A DNA stretch of 64,000 bases from an uncultured Alphaproteobacteria bacterium (GCA_944392955.1 CALXYK010000014.1:32042-96041), one strand, 5' to 3'; positions 1-11,305 are shown, counted from the first letter of the stretch. Program-made: numbers and translations. Notes: generated by a model from the letters alone, not told the origin.

Positions 1-96
1 ATTGTAAAACAGGCTATGACTCAGAATTTTTCTTGGGAAAAATCAGCCTCTGAGTATATTGATTTATACAATACCCAATTAAACTTAATAAAATAA
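1..96 (+). CDS. 3' end of a glycosyltransferase gene (glycogen/starch synthase GlgA-like C-terminus), cut by the window edge
   Basis: Frame 1 reads IVKQAMTQNFSWEKSASEYIDLYNTQLNLIK-stop. The DFSW-x-KSA-x-EY-x-x-LY pattern is typical of glycogen synthase C-termini. Only 31 codons are visible. Confidence 0.4.
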   Translation: MVKQAMTQNFSWEKSASEYIDLYNTQLNLIK

Positions 97-167
97 AACT
101 TCCTTGACTATATAAGTATTTACATTTATTATACTCCCTATGGTTTTAAGTTTTAAAGGATTGTAAA

Positions 168-1772
168 ATGTTTGAAAAAAATGATGCTCAGAAAAATGTT
201 TTTCATTGGGCTGATCAAATTGCAGAAAAAATTATAAGAGAAAAAGGCGATAAGGATACTTATACAGTTGCTAGTGGAATTACTCCTTCGGGTGTTGTGC
301 ATTTTGGAAATTTTCGTGAAGTAATAACGGTTGACCTTGTAGCCAGAGCCTTAATACAAAAGGGGAAGAAAGTTCGTTTTATATACTCTTGGGACGATTA
401 TGATACTTTTAGAAAAGTGCCTATGAATATGCCTAAACAAGAAGAGTTAAAAGAAAAACTTTTCCAACCAATTGTTGATGTGTTTGATCCTTTTGGTGAA
501 TATGCATCCTATGCCGAACATAATGAAAAAGTTTTTGAAAAAGATTTGCCTAGGGTTGGTATAGATTATGTTGAATTTATATATCAAAACAAAAAATACA
601 GAAACAGGGATTATAACAATAACATTATTACTATCATGGATAGAAAAGATGATATTGCTAGAATACTTCAACAATTTAAAACATCTGAATTAGAAAAAAA
701 TTGGGCACCACTACTTACCTATTGTCAGAAATGCAATAGGGACAGAATCTCTATTACCAATTATGATAAAGAAACAAAAACTATAACATATAAATGTGAA
801 CTTTGTGGATTTGAAGGAACAGAAAACCTAAACGAATCTAATAGATTAAAATTGCCTTGGCGAATAGATTGGCCTATGAGATGGGCTTATGAAAATGTAG
901 ACTTTGAACCAGGTGGTAGAGATCATTCTTCGGCTGGTGGAAGTAGAGATACTGCCTCAATTATAGTAAAAGAAATATTTAATAAGGAGCCTCCGGTTTA
1001 TGTGGCCTATGATAATATAGGAATAAAGGGATTTAATGGTAAAATTTCCTCATCAAAGGGAAATGTTATTACTTTGAAGGAAATTTTAGACGTTTATGAA
1101 CCAGAAATGGTAAGATGGATTTTTGCATCTTATAAACCTAATGCTGCTTTTGATTTAGCATTTGACCTAGATGTCCTTAAAAATTATGAAGATTTTGATA
1201 GGTTGGAAAGAACTGCATACGGACTTGAAAATGTAAAGGAAGAAAAAAGGTTAAATGCCAAAAGAATCTATGAACTATCTCAGTTAGATATTATGGGAAA
1301 AATGCCTGAAACAATGCCATTCCAACCAAGTTTTAGACATCTTTGCAATATCTTACAGATAAACGATTTTGATATTGAAAAAGCAAAAAAATACTATGAA
1401 AACGATATTAAAAACAGCAGAGATGAACGCAGATTTTATGAACGTGCAGAACGAGCAGTTTTTTGGATTAAAAACCATGCCCCTGAGGATTTTAAATTTA
1501 TTATAAATAAAGAAAAAAGATCTGATATAACTTTATCCGATAATGAACAAAAATTTATTGAAACTTTGAAATCCGAATTAGATAAAAATTGGGAAAATTA
1601 TAAAACAGATAAGGATTTGCAAAACAAAATTTCAGAGTTGATTACTTCGTTTAATCTTACCCCTGATGTATATAAAAAACTTTATCAAATGTTAATAAAC
1701 AGGGATTTGGGTCCAAAACTTGCTGGATTCATACGAAGCATTGGAAAAGAAAAGATTTTAAAGTTATTGTAA
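168..1772 (+). CDS. lysS: Lysine--tRNA ligase, class I type
   Basis: 534-aa ORF with a HIGH-like 'GVVHFGNFREV' and a KMSKS-like 'KISSSKGN'. Length and architecture fit class I LysRS. AAGGA Shine-Dalgarno upstream. Confidence 0.9.
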   Translation: MFEKNDAQKNVFHWADQIAEKIIREKGDKDTYTVASGITPSGVVHFGNFREVITVDLVARALIQKGKKVRFIYSWDDYDTFRKVPMNMPKQEELKEKLFQPIVDVFDPFGEYASYAEHNEKVFEKDLPRVGIDYVEFIYQNKKYRNRDYNNNIITIMDRKDDIARILQQFKTSELEKNWAPLLTYCQKCNRDRISITNYDKETKTITYKCELCGFEGTENLNESNRLKLPWRIDWPMRWAYENVDFEPGGRDHSSAGGSRDTASIIVKEIFNKEPPVYVAYDNIGIKGFNGKISSSKGNVITLKEILDVYEPEMVRWIFASYKPNAAFDLAFDLDVLKNYEDFDRLERTAYGLENVKEEKRLNAKRIYELSQLDIMGKMPETMPFQPSFRHLCNILQINDFDIEKAKKYYENDIKNSRDERRFYERAERAVFWIKNHAPEDFKFIINKEKRSDITLSDNEQKFIETLKSELDKNWENYKTDKDLQNKISELITSFNLTPDVYKKLYQMLINRDLGPKLAGFIRSIGKEKILKLL

Positions 1773-1775
1773 ACC

Positions 1776-2318
1776 CTATCTTCCAAGGTTTCGTATATCC
1801 TTTATAAAATCAACCATTTTATATATTGTTTTTTCGGGTTTGTATCCGTTTTTATTGGCTACATTTATAGATTCATCATTGTCTATATTTATTTCTAATA
1901 CTATTTTATTAAAGCCGATTTTGGACATTTCTACCTCTGCAATCTTTAAGGCTTTGGAAATAAAACCATATCCCCTATATGCTTTATCAAGGTAATAAAT
2001 TCCCGCTAAGGACTTATCACCTCTGTTTACAAAATTTAATCCGCCTATTGTTTTACCTGAAAATAAATGGATTCCATAGTCTACCACCCAACCTTTGTTT
2101 GACATATTATTACGTTGGATTATGTATTCTTTGGCTGAAACTTCGTCTGGAAAATGTCGCAAAAGATAAGATTCAAAATCATTCCAATTTCTATCTTCTA
2201 ACTGAACCATTTCATATATATGTTCATCAGAAGTATCATGTTTTGATAAGTAAAAATCGCTTCCTGCTATTATATTTGGAAAAGGAAACTTTGGAACCCA
2301 ATTCATATTGCTTTTCAT
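1776..2318 (-). CDS. GNAT family N-acetyltransferase (RimJ/RimL-like)
   Basis: 180 aa. 'YRGYGFISKALKIAE' fits the R/Q-x-x-G-x-G/A acetyl-CoA binding motif, followed by 'NVANKNGY'. Confidence 0.7.
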   Translation of the reverse strand: MKSNMNWVPKFPFPNIIAGSDFYLSKHDTSDEHIYEMVQLEDRNWNDFESYLLRHFPDEVSAKEYIIQRNNMSNKGWVVDYGIHLFSGKTIGGLNFVNRGDKSLAGIYYLDKAYRGYGFISKALKIAEVEMSKIGFNKIVLEINIDNDESINVANKNGYKPEKTIYKMVDFIKDIRNLGR

Positions 2319-2435
2319 TTTGTAATATACCCTTATTATTATAAAAACACTGGTATATTAGACAAAAATATTTAAAAGTCAATATATTTATTAAAAAATA
2401 GATAAAATACATTATATCTTATTGATATTTCTGTA

Positions 2436-4826
2436 TTATTTATCTCGTAATTTTCCACCAAGTTTAACTACTTTATCAATAGCCGACTTAAATATTACAT
2501 TTATTTCATCATCAGTTAAGGTCTTATCTTTTTGTTCTATTGTAATTCTAATTGCCACTGATTTAGTTCCTTTTGGTAAATTATCCCCCTTATAAATATC
2601 AAAGATAATAGCATCACTTATATACTCTTTGTTTGCATTTTTTACTTCGGAAAGGATAGTTCCACCTAAAACATTTTCATCTATGATTACCGAAAAATCC
2701 CTATAAACAGGAAGTAAATCCGATATTATAAGCCTTTTTTTAGATGTTCCTTTTGATTTTAAATCTGGCATAAAATCCAAGTTAACTTCAAAAGCAACAA
2801 CATTTGTATTTTTGATACCAAATTTTTTAAGTGTAAGTGGGTGAATTTCACCGAAATATCCTATTGTCTTATTCGCAAATATAATAGATGCACTTTTGTA
2901 TGGATTTAGCCAATTTGGAAGATTAGTAGTTTCCAATTTTATACTATTTAAGCTTACACCAAAAACCTTTAAAATAGAAATTACATCATCTTTCACATCG
3001 TATACATCAGCGGTTCTTGGAGCACCTTGCCAATTTTTTAACTGAATTTCACCTTGTCTTACACCTGCAACACTGATATTTTGTTCCATAGGTTTTGCAC
3101 CATAAAATGTTGGACCTATTTCAAATAAATTTGATGTTGTTATGCAGCGTGATAAATTTGATTTTATTCCATCTAAAAGATTTGGAATTATACTTTTCCT
3201 CATGACATCTAAATCTGATGCAATAGGATTTGTTATTTTGATACTAGGTGTTGTTGTATCCAATTCCTTTTTAGAACTCATAAATGACCAGGTATAAACT
3301 TCGGTTAATCCTTTATAAGCAAGAATCCTTGGTAAAATAGTTTTGTGTATAATCTTTGTATCAACAACAAGATTAAAACTATCTGGCCTTACCGAAACAG
3401 ATGGAAGTTTATCAAAACCATAAACTCTGACTAATTCTTCTGTTATATCATCTTTGCCCTCTATATCTTCTCTATAAGATGGTGGAGTTATGAAAAGTTT
3501 ATCTTTATCTTCGGAAACTTCACAACCAAGATTTGTTAAAATTTTTACCATTTCTTGTTTAGGAATATCAAAACCAATTCTTTTTTCAAAATAGGAAACT
3601 GGGAATTCAATAGTGTGAGGTTGATACTGACATTTCCCTGTTTTACAAATTCTTGATGGACTTCCACCACAAATATCTAAGATTAAATTAGTTGCATATT
3701 CCATTCCCCAGATAGTGCAACATTGATCTATACCTCGTTCAAAACGGAATTTAGAATCAGATTCAATCTTTAAACGTTTCGCTGTTTTCCTTATTTTTAC
3801 TGGATTAAAATATGCACTTTCTAAAAGAACATTTTTTGTTTTTTTAGAACAAGAAGAATTTAATCCTCCCATAACACCAGCAAGACTTTGGATACCATTA
3901 TCATCTTTGATAACTATATCACCTTCGTTTAGGATATAGGTATTACCATCCAATGCCGTAAAGTTTTCCCCACCTTTTGCATAATCTATAACCAACTTAC
4001 CTTTTATTTTATCGGCATCAAATACATGCAATGGACGATTTATATTATGCAAACAGAAATTTGTTATATCAACTAATGCTGAAATACTATTCATATTAGA
4101 AGATTTCAAATATTCAACAAGCCAGCGAGGAGAATCTTTGTTCTCTACACCTTTGATATATCTTGTATTAAATTCCTTTGCATCTTCTGTTGCTTTGTTT
4201 TCAACAATAATAGGGCTATCATAATCTGATTTAATTTCTTGAATTTGTGGTGGAATAAATTCACCAAAACCACCAGCGGATAAATCCCTTGCAATACCTA
4301 TAACTCCAAGATAATCAGGGCGATTTGGAAGAACATTTCCTTCGTAAATAACATCTAGGTTATATACTTTCTCTAAGGCTGAAATTGCATCAGTTCCGGC
4401 TGTTATCTCATTTGGTAATTCTATTATCCCATCATGATCTTCACCTATATTTAATTCGTATGCAGAACACATCATACCATTGGATTCATAACCTCTGACC
4501 ATTGTTTTTTTCAATTTCATGCCATTAACAGGAATAATATTACCATTCCTTGCCAATATACCTTTTAATCCCTTTTTAACATTAGGTGCGCCACAAACTA
4601 CATCTAAAATTTCTGTACCGGTATTAACTTTTAATAAATGTAAGTGATCGCTGTCAGGATGGTCTTTACACTCTATTACCTCCCCAACTATAAAATCGGA
4701 TAAAGGAGAACAAATATCTTCTACATCTTCTATTTCAAGTCCAAGCATTGTCAAAGCATTGGCTATCTCATTAGCATTTAAATTTGTTTTTAAGTATTTT
4801 TTTAACTGATTATATGTGAAACGCAT
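2436..4826 (-). CDS. pheT: Phenylalanine--tRNA ligase beta subunit
   Basis: 796 aa. N-terminal OB tRNA-binding domain ('VGEVIECKDHPDSDHLHLLKV'). Lies immediately downstream of pheS. Confidence 0.95.
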   Translation of the reverse strand: MRFTYNQLKKYLKTNLNANEIANALTMLGLEIEDVEDICSPLSDFIVGEVIECKDHPDSDHLHLLKVNTGTEILDVVCGAPNVKKGLKGILARNGNIIPVNGMKLKKTMVRGYESNGMMCSAYELNIGEDHDGIIELPNEITAGTDAISALEKVYNLDVIYEGNVLPNRPDYLGVIGIARDLSAGGFGEFIPPQIQEIKSDYDSPIIVENKATEDAKEFNTRYIKGVENKDSPRWLVEYLKSSNMNSISALVDITNFCLHNINRPLHVFDADKIKGKLVIDYAKGGENFTALDGNTYILNEGDIVIKDDNGIQSLAGVMGGLNSSCSKKTKNVLLESAYFNPVKIRKTAKRLKIESDSKFRFERGIDQCCTIWGMEYATNLILDICGGSPSRICKTGKCQYQPHTIEFPVSYFEKRIGFDIPKQEMVKILTNLGCEVSEDKDKLFITPPSYREDIEGKDDITEELVRVYGFDKLPSVSVRPDSFNLVVDTKIIHKTILPRILAYKGLTEVYTWSFMSSKKELDTTTPSIKITNPIASDLDVMRKSIIPNLLDGIKSNLSRCITTSNLFEIGPTFYGAKPMEQNISVAGVRQGEIQLKNWQGAPRTADVYDVKDDVISILKVFGVSLNSIKLETTNLPNWLNPYKSASIIFANKTIGYFGEIHPLTLKKFGIKNTNVVAFEVNLDFMPDLKSKGTSKKRLIISDLLPVYRDFSVIIDENVLGGTILSEVKNANKEYISDAIIFDIYKGDNLPKGTKSVAIRITIEQKDKTLTDDEINVIFKSAIDKVVKLGGKLRDK

Positions 4827-4840
4827 TTTATTCTCCTTAA

Positions 4841-5902
4841 CTATTTCCTACTTAATCCTGTAATCATATTTGGAACATCAGAGGCATCAAAACCATAGTG
4901 TGATAACCAACGGGTATCTGTTTCAAAACATTTCCTCATATCTGGAATACCATATTTTAACATTGTTAATCTTTCTATTCCCATACCAAAAGCAAATCCT
5001 TGATATTCGTCTGGGTTAATACCGACTGATTTTAATACATTTGGATGAACCATACCACAACCTAAGATTTCAAGCCAGCGGTTGCCATCTTTACCTATTT
5101 TTAATTCGCCATTTTGAATAGTGCAACGAATATCCATTTCCGCAGATGGTTCTGTGAATGGGAAATAACTTGGTCTAAATTGTATTGGAACTTCATCAAC
5201 TTCAAAAAATGATTTAAGAAAATCTACCAAACAACCCTTTAAATGTGCCATAGTAACATTTTTATCAACATATAATCCCTCTATCTGATGAAACATAGGT
5301 GTGTGTGTAGCGTCCCAATCACTTCTGTAAACACGTCCCATTGTAATAACTTTGACTGGAACACCGCTTCGTTCCATTTCTCTTATCTGAACAGAGGAAG
5401 TCTGTGTTCTTAATAAATTACCACCTTCTACAAAGAATGTATCCTGCATGGAACGGGCAGGATGGTATTCAGGAACATTTAGAGCTGTAAAATTATGGAA
5501 ATCATCTTCTATATCTGGATCATTAGCAGAAACAAGTCTAAAACCCTGGGTTGCGAAAATTTGCAACAACTCCTCCTTTACTTGTGTAAGTGGGTGTATG
5601 TATCCTTTGAAAGGTTTTTCTTTATTAAGAGTTATATCTATTTTATCAGATTCAAGTTTTTTATTTATCTCTTCTAATTCAAGGATTGATTTTTTTTCCT
5701 CAATAAGAGAAACAATTTCTGTTTTTATTTTATTTAATTCGGCACCTTTGGTCTTTCTTTCTTCCTCTGATAATTTACCAACTTCCCTAAGTGCCAAAGT
5801 AAGTTGTCCGTTTTTACCAAGAACTGAGATAGTAATATTTTCAATTTCCGAGGTAGTTGTTGCCTTTTTTATATTTTCAATTATTTCTTTTTTATCTATC
5901 AT
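4841..5902 (-). CDS. pheS: Phenylalanine--tRNA ligase alpha subunit
   Basis: 353 aa with class II aaRS motifs 'FPFTEPSAEMDI' and 'GFAFGMGIERL'. Confidence 0.95.
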   Translation of the reverse strand: MIDKKEIIENIKKATTTSEIENITISVLGKNGQLTLALREVGKLSEEERKTKGAELNKIKTEIVSLIEEKKSILELEEINKKLESDKIDITLNKEKPFKGYIHPLTQVKEELLQIFATQGFRLVSANDPDIEDDFHNFTALNVPEYHPARSMQDTFFVEGGNLLRTQTSSVQIREMERSGVPVKVITMGRVYRSDWDATHTPMFHQIEGLYVDKNVTMAHLKGCLVDFLKSFFEVDEVPIQFRPSYFPFTEPSAEMDIRCTIQNGELKIGKDGNRWLEILGCGMVHPNVLKSVGINPDEYQGFAFGMGIERLTMLKYGIPDMRKCFETDTRWLSHYGFDASDVPNMITGLSRK

Positions 5903-5934
5903 TTATTTGTTCCATTTTATTATTTTTATAAATT

Positions 5935-5959
5935 AAAAAGGCTTTCTTTTGAAAGCCCC
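5935..5959 (-). terminator. Intrinsic terminator after rplT, about 30 nt upstream of the pheS start (possible pheST attenuator position)
   Basis: Minus strand reads GGGGCTTTC-AAAA-GAAAGCC followed by TTTTT. Stem GGCTTTC/GAAAGCC at 5940-5946 and 5951-5957. Confidence 0.6.
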
Positions 5960-6007
5960 TTTATTATAACACTTTTTTATAAATATACAAAGCATTTAAG
6001 CAGAGGC

Positions 6008-6373
6008 TTATTTTGCTTCGCTTATAAATCGTTTTGCATTTTCTACAACAGCTTTGAATGCATCAGCATCCCTTACTGCCATATCTGCAAGAACTTTTCT
6101 ATCAAGTGCAATTTTACCCTTGTTTAATGCATTGATAAATTCAGAATATGTTATGCCGTATGTACGAACTGCTGCATTTATACGAGATATCCACAAAGAT
6201 CTGAAATTAGATTTTGTCTTTCTTCTATCCCTGTATGCATATTGTAATCCCTTTTCAACACGTTCATGTGCTATACGATAACAGGAAGAACTACGGCCTC
6301 TATATCCCTTAGCCATTGATAATATTTTTTTATGTTTTTGTCTTTTTGTTAGACCTCTTTTTACACGTGCCAT
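6008..6373 (-). CDS. rplT: 50S ribosomal protein L20
   Basis: 121 aa starting '[16 protein letters not shown]'. Downstream of rpmI. Confidence 0.95.
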   Translation of the reverse strand: MARVKRGLTKRQKHKKILSMAKGYRGRSSSCYRIAHERVEKGLQYAYRDRRKTKSNFRSLWISRINAAVRTYGITYSEFINALNKGKIALDRKVLADMAVRDADAFKAVVENAKRFISEAK

Positions 6374-6384
6374 TTTAAACTCCT

Positions 6385-6588
6385 TTATTTCATACCATAA
6401 GGCATTGATCTTGCAACTATTTTTTTATCGCTACCTTCAAGATATTGTCCATGAACTGCTTCAGTTAATGAACGTGAAGATTTTCTTCTCATAAAATGAT
6501 TATGATGAGCGCGACTTGTTTTTACTTTTCCACTTGCTGTTAAGCGAAAACGAAGTTTAAAAGCACTTCTAGTTTTTAATTTTGGCAT
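6385..6588 (-). CDS. rpmI: 50S ribosomal protein L35
   Basis: 67 aa starting '[23 protein letters not shown]'. Confidence 0.95.
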   Translation of the reverse strand: MPKLKTRSAFKLRFRLTASGKVKTSRAHHNHFMRRKSSRSLTEAVHGQYLEGSDKKIVARSMPYGMK

Positions 6589-6667
6589 TTTTACTCCTTA
6601 TATTTTAAGTTAAACAAAAGTAGGCAGGCAGCCAATATATAAGCCCGTTCTACCAAAGATTTTTAGT

Positions 6668-6696
6668 TTTATACTACTTTTACATCCATTTGTCAA
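6668..6696 (-). promoter_or_regulatory. Sigma70-type promoter for rpmI-rplT
   Basis: Minus strand: TTGACA (6691-6696), 17-nt spacer, TATAAA (6668-6673). About 75-nt leader before the rpmI ATG. Confidence 0.5.
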
Positions 6697-6710
6697 GCAT
6701 TTATATTTTA

Positions 6711-9179
6711 TTATAAAGTTGCTTTGACTTCCTCTGTTTCAAAGCATTCAAGCCTGTCACCAGGAACTATATCATTGAAGTTTTCAAAGGAAATTCCACA
6801 TTCCATTCCTTGTCTTACTTCTTTTACATCATCTTTCATTCGTTTTAGTTGGGCAAGTTTACCTTCAAAAATAACAACATTGTCCCTTAACATACGGACA
6901 CCACAACCTTTTTTAACTATTCCTTCGGTTACCTTACAGCCCGCAGCCTTTGCCTTACCTGCATTAAATACCTGTAGAACATCAGCATAACCTATAAATG
7001 TTTCCTTTATAACTGGGGCTAGTAAACCAGACATTAAAACTTTTACATCATCAATCATATTATAGATAACAGAATAATATCTTATATCTACATCATCGTG
7101 TTTTGCCTGTTCCTTTGCATTAGTATTAGCCCTAACGTTGAAGGCAAGAACAACTGCCCCGGTTGTATGTGCCAATGTAATATCAGATTCATTTATAGCA
7201 CCAACACCTGAATGCATTACCTGAACATGGACTTTGTCTGATTTTATTTTTAACAGAGAATCGGCTATCGCTTCTGCGGAACCTTGAGTATCGGCTTTTA
7301 TTATAACAGGTAAAGTTTCAGCCTTTCCTTCTTTTATATTTTGGAATAATTCTTGCCAGTTTGATTTTTTTGCAACCATTTGGCGTTCTTTTTCTTTACG
7401 TTTTCTATATTCTGCGACTTCACGAGCCTTTGCATCTGTTTCTACTACTACAAAGTCATCACCTGCGACAGGAGTTCCTTCAAAACCTAAAACAACAACA
7501 GGTTGTGATGGAACTGCCTCGGTTACCTTTTTACCAAATTCATCAAGTAATTCCCTAACCCTTCCAACAGAAGATCCTGAAACAAAAATATCACCTTTTC
7601 TTAGTATTCCCTTTTGAACTAAAACTGTGGCAGTAGAACCGCGACCTTGTTCCATTTTAGCTTCTATTACTGCGCCTGTGGCATTACCTGATATATTACC
7701 TTTTAACTCTAAAATATCAGCCTGTAAAAGAAGTAATTCCTCTAATTTATCAAGGTTAATTTTTTGTTTTGCGGAAATTTCAACATCTAATACATCACCG
7801 CCTAGTTTTTCAACTATTAACCCCTGCTGTAATAGATCCATACGAACCTTTTCTGGATTTGCCTCTGGTAAATCTATTTTATTTATTGCAACTATTATTG
7901 GAACTTTGGCTGCCTTTGCATGATTTATTGCTTCTATAGTTTGAGGCATTATTCCATCATTTGCTGCAACAACCAAAATAACTATATCTGTGATATTAAC
8001 ACCTCTGGCACGCATTGCAGAAAAGGCTTCGTGCCCTGGTGTATCTATGAATGTTATTTTCCTACCACTTTTTGTAGTTATTTGATATGCACCTATATGC
8101 TGTGTGATACCACCAGCTTCTCCACTTACGACATCAGTTTGTCTGAAAGCATCAAGTAAAGATGTTTTTCCATGGTCAACATGACCCATAACCGTAACAA
8201 CAGGTGGACGAGGTTCCCATTTCTCCTCTTTTGATGAAGATTCCAATATAGATGTTATAGCATCCGCATCAGAAACTCTTTTCACAGAATGACCAAATTC
8301 CATCACTATTAATTCCGCGGTATCAGCATCTATTACTTGGTTAATTGTTGCCATTATTCCCAATTTCATCATTGTTTTTATAACATCACTGCTTTTTTCC
8401 GCCATACGAAGGGATAATTCCTTTACCGTGATTGTTTCTGGAAGTATTACCTCATGATAAGTTTTTTGAATTTCCTTTGGTTCCTGATGCTCCATAAACT
8501 TTCTGTAATTTTTTTCCTTTTGACGTTTTATAGAAGCAAATGAACGACGATGTTGACGTGTAGCAACAAAATTCATAGCAGATTCCAAAGATGCGGAACG
8601 CTCTTCGCCATCTTCTTCATCATCAAAATCTTCGTAGTCTAAATCACTATTGGAAACTACTACATTTGAAAAGTTCATTTTTCTGTTATCTGAAAACTTT
8701 TTTTTGTTTTTATCAGAAGATTTACCTTTTTTATTTTGAGAATCGTCATCACCTTCTTCTTCATCATCTTCGTAAACATCTTTATTCTTTTTATATTTTT
8801 TATTTGAATCGTTTTTATCAGGAGATGCAGAAGAAACATTGTTTTCTGTAATAGATAAATGTTCCTTTGCTAAACGTTCAATTTCTTCTTGCTCTTTTTT
8901 TTCTTTTTCTATAAGAGCCTGACGTTCACGTTCAGCATCTGCCTGGATTTGAGCTTTTATCTTTGCCTCTTCCTCCATTTTTTTAGCATTTTCTAAAATG
9001 CTTTTTAATTTATCTGTTTTTGATGTGTTGAGATTAGGCTTTTTTTCTTCGCCTGTATTTACAGAAGAGGTATTTTCAGCAGAAAATACTCGTCTTTTTT
9101 TTATAACTTCAACTTCAATACCACCCTTTGGCGATGTATTAAGTTTTGTACCTAATTTCAATGTTAATTTTTCAGCCAT
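6711..9179 (-). CDS. infB: Translation initiation factor IF-2
   Basis: 822 aa. GTPase motifs '[12 protein letters not shown]', 'DTPGHEAF', 'NKID'. Low-complexity K/E/D-rich N-terminus. Confidence 0.95.
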   Translation of the reverse strand: MAEKLTLKLGTKLNTSPKGGIEVEVIKKRRVFSAENTSSVNTGEEKKPNLNTSKTDKLKSILENAKKMEEEAKIKAQIQADAERERQALIEKEKKEQEEIERLAKEHLSITENNVSSASPDKNDSNKKYKKNKDVYEDDEEEGDDDSQNKKGKSSDKNKKKFSDNRKMNFSNVVVSNSDLDYEDFDDEEDGEERSASLESAMNFVATRQHRRSFASIKRQKEKNYRKFMEHQEPKEIQKTYHEVILPETITVKELSLRMAEKSSDVIKTMMKLGIMATINQVIDADTAELIVMEFGHSVKRVSDADAITSILESSSKEEKWEPRPPVVTVMGHVDHGKTSLLDAFRQTDVVSGEAGGITQHIGAYQITTKSGRKITFIDTPGHEAFSAMRARGVNITDIVILVVAANDGIMPQTIEAINHAKAAKVPIIVAINKIDLPEANPEKVRMDLLQQGLIVEKLGGDVLDVEISAKQKINLDKLEELLLLQADILELKGNISGNATGAVIEAKMEQGRGSTATVLVQKGILRKGDIFVSGSSVGRVRELLDEFGKKVTEAVPSQPVVVLGFEGTPVAGDDFVVVETDAKAREVAEYRKRKEKERQMVAKKSNWQELFQNIKEGKAETLPVIIKADTQGSAEAIADSLLKIKSDKVHVQVMHSGVGAINESDITLAHTTGAVVLAFNVRANTNAKEQAKHDDVDIRYYSVIYNMIDDVKVLMSGLLAPVIKETFIGYADVLQVFNAGKAKAAGCKVTEGIVKKGCGVRMLRDNVVIFEGKLAQLKRMKDDVKEVRQGMECGISFENFNDIVPGDRLECFETEEVKATL

Positions 9180-9202
9180 AAAATACCTCTTTTTTATTTA
9201 TA

Positions 9203-10744
9203 TTATTTGTTTTCAAACCAATGAGATCTTGCGGACATAATAATTTTTTCAGATTTATCTTTACTTATTACATCTTCACCCAAAATATCAACCAATTCAT
9301 CAGATGAAAGATCCGCCAAATCATCAAGGGTTTTTACACCATTTTGTCCCAATTTTAAAATCATTTCCGATGTTAAACCTTCAAATGAGGCAAGAGTTTT
9401 ATCTATGCCTATTTCCTTTGATGCAGATTCAAATTTAGCCTTTTCCTTTGCAACAAATTCTTTTGCTCTGGATTGAAGTTCGGTTGCTAAATCTTCATCA
9501 AAACCTTCAATTGAAGTTAATTCTTCCATTGGAACGTATGCAATTTCTTCAACAGATGTGAAACCTTCTACCACCAAAAGATGTGCAATAACATCATCTA
9601 TATCCAATGCATTTATAAACTTTTCAGTTCTTTCCTTTATATCCTTTTGACGTTTTTCAGATGATTGATCTTCGCTCATAACATCAATTCCCCAACCTAA
9701 AAGTTGTGATGCCAAACGAACATTTTGACCATGACGACCTATTGCCAAAGATAGTTGATCATCTTCTACTATTGCATCTATTTTCTTTGCTTCTTCATCA
9801 ACAATAACTTTGACAACCTTTGCAGGTGAAAGAGCATCTACTGCCAAATTTGCAATATTGTCTGTCCATTCTATTACATCTATTTTTTCACCACCTAGTT
9901 CGTTAACTATGTTTTGAATACGACTTCCCTTCATTCCAACACATGCACCAACTGGATCTATTGAAGCATCCTGTGCAAAAACAGCAACTTTCGCACGGGA
10001 ACCAGGATCTCTTGATACTGATTTTACTTCTATCACACCTTCGTAAACTTCTGGAATTTCTGCTTCAAAAAGTTTTGCTAAAAACAATGGGTGTGAACGT
10101 GTCAAAAATATTTGGGGTCCATTATTATCTCTTTTTACCTCTAAGATAAGAGCCCTTATCCTGTCACCAGTATGTAAATTTTCACGAGGAATAGTTTCAG
10201 TTCTTTTGATTATTCCTTCGGCTTTTCCATTTATATCAACATAAACTGTTCCATATTCGGAACGTTTTACAACTCCGTTTACTATTGTCAAAGCCTTATC
10301 AGAAAATTCTGCATATTCTTTTTCTTTTTCTGCTGATTTTATTTTTTGAAGAACTATTTGACGAACAGATTGGAAATTTGAACGACCAAAATCTACTGGT
10401 AATAATTCTTCATCAATAAATGAACCTATTTCCGCAGATGAATCTATTTTTTTTGCATCTTCTAACTTTATCATAGTATTAGAATCAAAATCCATTTCTT
10501 CACCATTTTCATCAAGGATTTTATCTCCTACTACTGCTAATCTTTTTAGTATGGTAATTGTTCCGTCCTTTCTATTGATATTAGCAATTATATTATAATC
10601 ATAACCATATTTGTTGCGTGCAACCTTTTCTACGGCAGCCTCTAATGCCTTAAACACTATTTCTGAATCTATATTTTTTTCTAGACTGACACTATTTGCA
10701 ATTGCTACAAGTTCTGGTCTTGGTAAAGATAAAGATTTATACAT
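9203..10744 (-). CDS. nusA: Transcription termination/antitermination factor NusA
   Basis: 513 aa with S1 and KH domains and C-terminal acidic HhH repeats. The start overlaps the rimP stop by 8 nt. Confidence 0.95.
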   Translation of the reverse strand: MYKSLSLPRPELVAIANSVSLEKNIDSEIVFKALEAAVEKVARNKYGYDYNIIANINRKDGTITILKRLAVVGDKILDENGEEMDFDSNTMIKLEDAKKIDSSAEIGSFIDEELLPVDFGRSNFQSVRQIVLQKIKSAEKEKEYAEFSDKALTIVNGVVKRSEYGTVYVDINGKAEGIIKRTETIPRENLHTGDRIRALILEVKRDNNGPQIFLTRSHPLFLAKLFEAEIPEVYEGVIEVKSVSRDPGSRAKVAVFAQDASIDPVGACVGMKGSRIQNIVNELGGEKIDVIEWTDNIANLAVDALSPAKVVKVIVDEEAKKIDAIVEDDQLSLAIGRHGQNVRLASQLLGWGIDVMSEDQSSEKRQKDIKERTEKFINALDIDDVIAHLLVVEGFTSVEEIAYVPMEELTSIEGFDEDLATELQSRAKEFVAKEKAKFESASKEIGIDKTLASFEGLTSEMILKLGQNGVKTLDDLADLSSDELVDILGEDVISKDKSEKIIMSARSHWFENK

Positions 10745-11261
10745 TTTTCTTTTTCCTTTCGTTTTTATCTTCTTTTAAAAGTTGTTTAATATATTCATCT
10801 GTAACTAATAATTTACATTTTAACACATTATCAAAACTAAAATTTATAGTTTGTAATTTTTTATCAAGTAATGTTTCTATAAAAATTTCGTTATCTGAAA
10901 CTTTTAATATTTTACCTTTGAAACGCTTCCTTTCGTCATCAGAGTTTCGCGGAAATTTAAGTTCAACCTTAATATCACGACCTGTAAATCGAATATAATC
11001 TTCAAGTTTAACAAGAGGTCTGTCCATACCAGCGGAACTTACCTCTAACATATATTTGTCTTTTATAACATCTTCCACATCTAAAATAACAGAGAAAGCC
11101 TTGCTTAAATTTTCACACTCGTCAATTGTAAGTGGAGAATAATCACCCTTTTCAACCAATATTTGAAGAATATTATGCATATAGGATACTTGTATAATAT
11201 CTACATCATATTCTTTTGCTGTTGATTCAAGTATGTTTTTTATCTCATCTGTTAATAACAT
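10737..11261 (-). CDS. rimP: Ribosome maturation factor RimP
   Basis: 174 aa with 'LEVSSAGMDRPL'. First gene of the conserved rimP-nusA-infB order. Confidence 0.9.
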   Translation of the reverse strand: MLLTDEIKNILESTAKEYDVDIIQVSYMHNILQILVEKGDYSPLTIDECENLSKAFSVILDVEDVIKDKYMLEVSSAGMDRPLVKLEDYIRFTGRDIKVELKFPRNSDDERKRFKGKILKVSDNEIFIETLLDKKLQTINFSFDNVLKCKLLVTDEYIKQLLKEDKNERKKKNV

Positions 11262-11281
11262 AAAAATTCCTTTTTTATATT

Positions 11282-11305
11282 AAAAAAAGCGGGGCTTTCG
11301 CTCCC
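11282..11305 (-). terminator. Terminator-like hairpin inside the rimP-nusA-infB 5' leader (candidate attenuator)
   Basis: Minus strand reads GGGAGC-GAAA-GCCCC, then GC and TTTTTTT. It lies between the predicted promoter and the rimP ATG. Confidence 0.45.

Noticed and set aside
5448-5936. Numerous 60-180 aa ORFs in the track lie antisense to or inside long conserved genes. Examples: 447..674, 1979..2344, 5448..5936, 7627..7923, 18468..19019, 33463..33831, 49394..49708, 52769..53269, 54790..55194, 61709..62056, 62406..62696.
   Set aside because: Each is fully contained in the opposite strand or in an alternative frame of a gene with clear family motifs. Their translations are low-complexity F/L/I/S-rich, as expected from AT-rich shadow frames, and none has a ribosome-binding site that I could see.
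5933-5995. Possible pheM-like leader peptide (MLCIFIKKCYNKGAFKRKPF) between rplT and pheS, spanning the terminator hairpin.
   Set aside because: It has only 3 Phe in 20 codons and no consecutive Phe run like the E. coli pheM leader. I found no alternative antiterminator pairing, and such short ORFs arise easily in AT-rich DNA. The terminator itself is kept as a feature.
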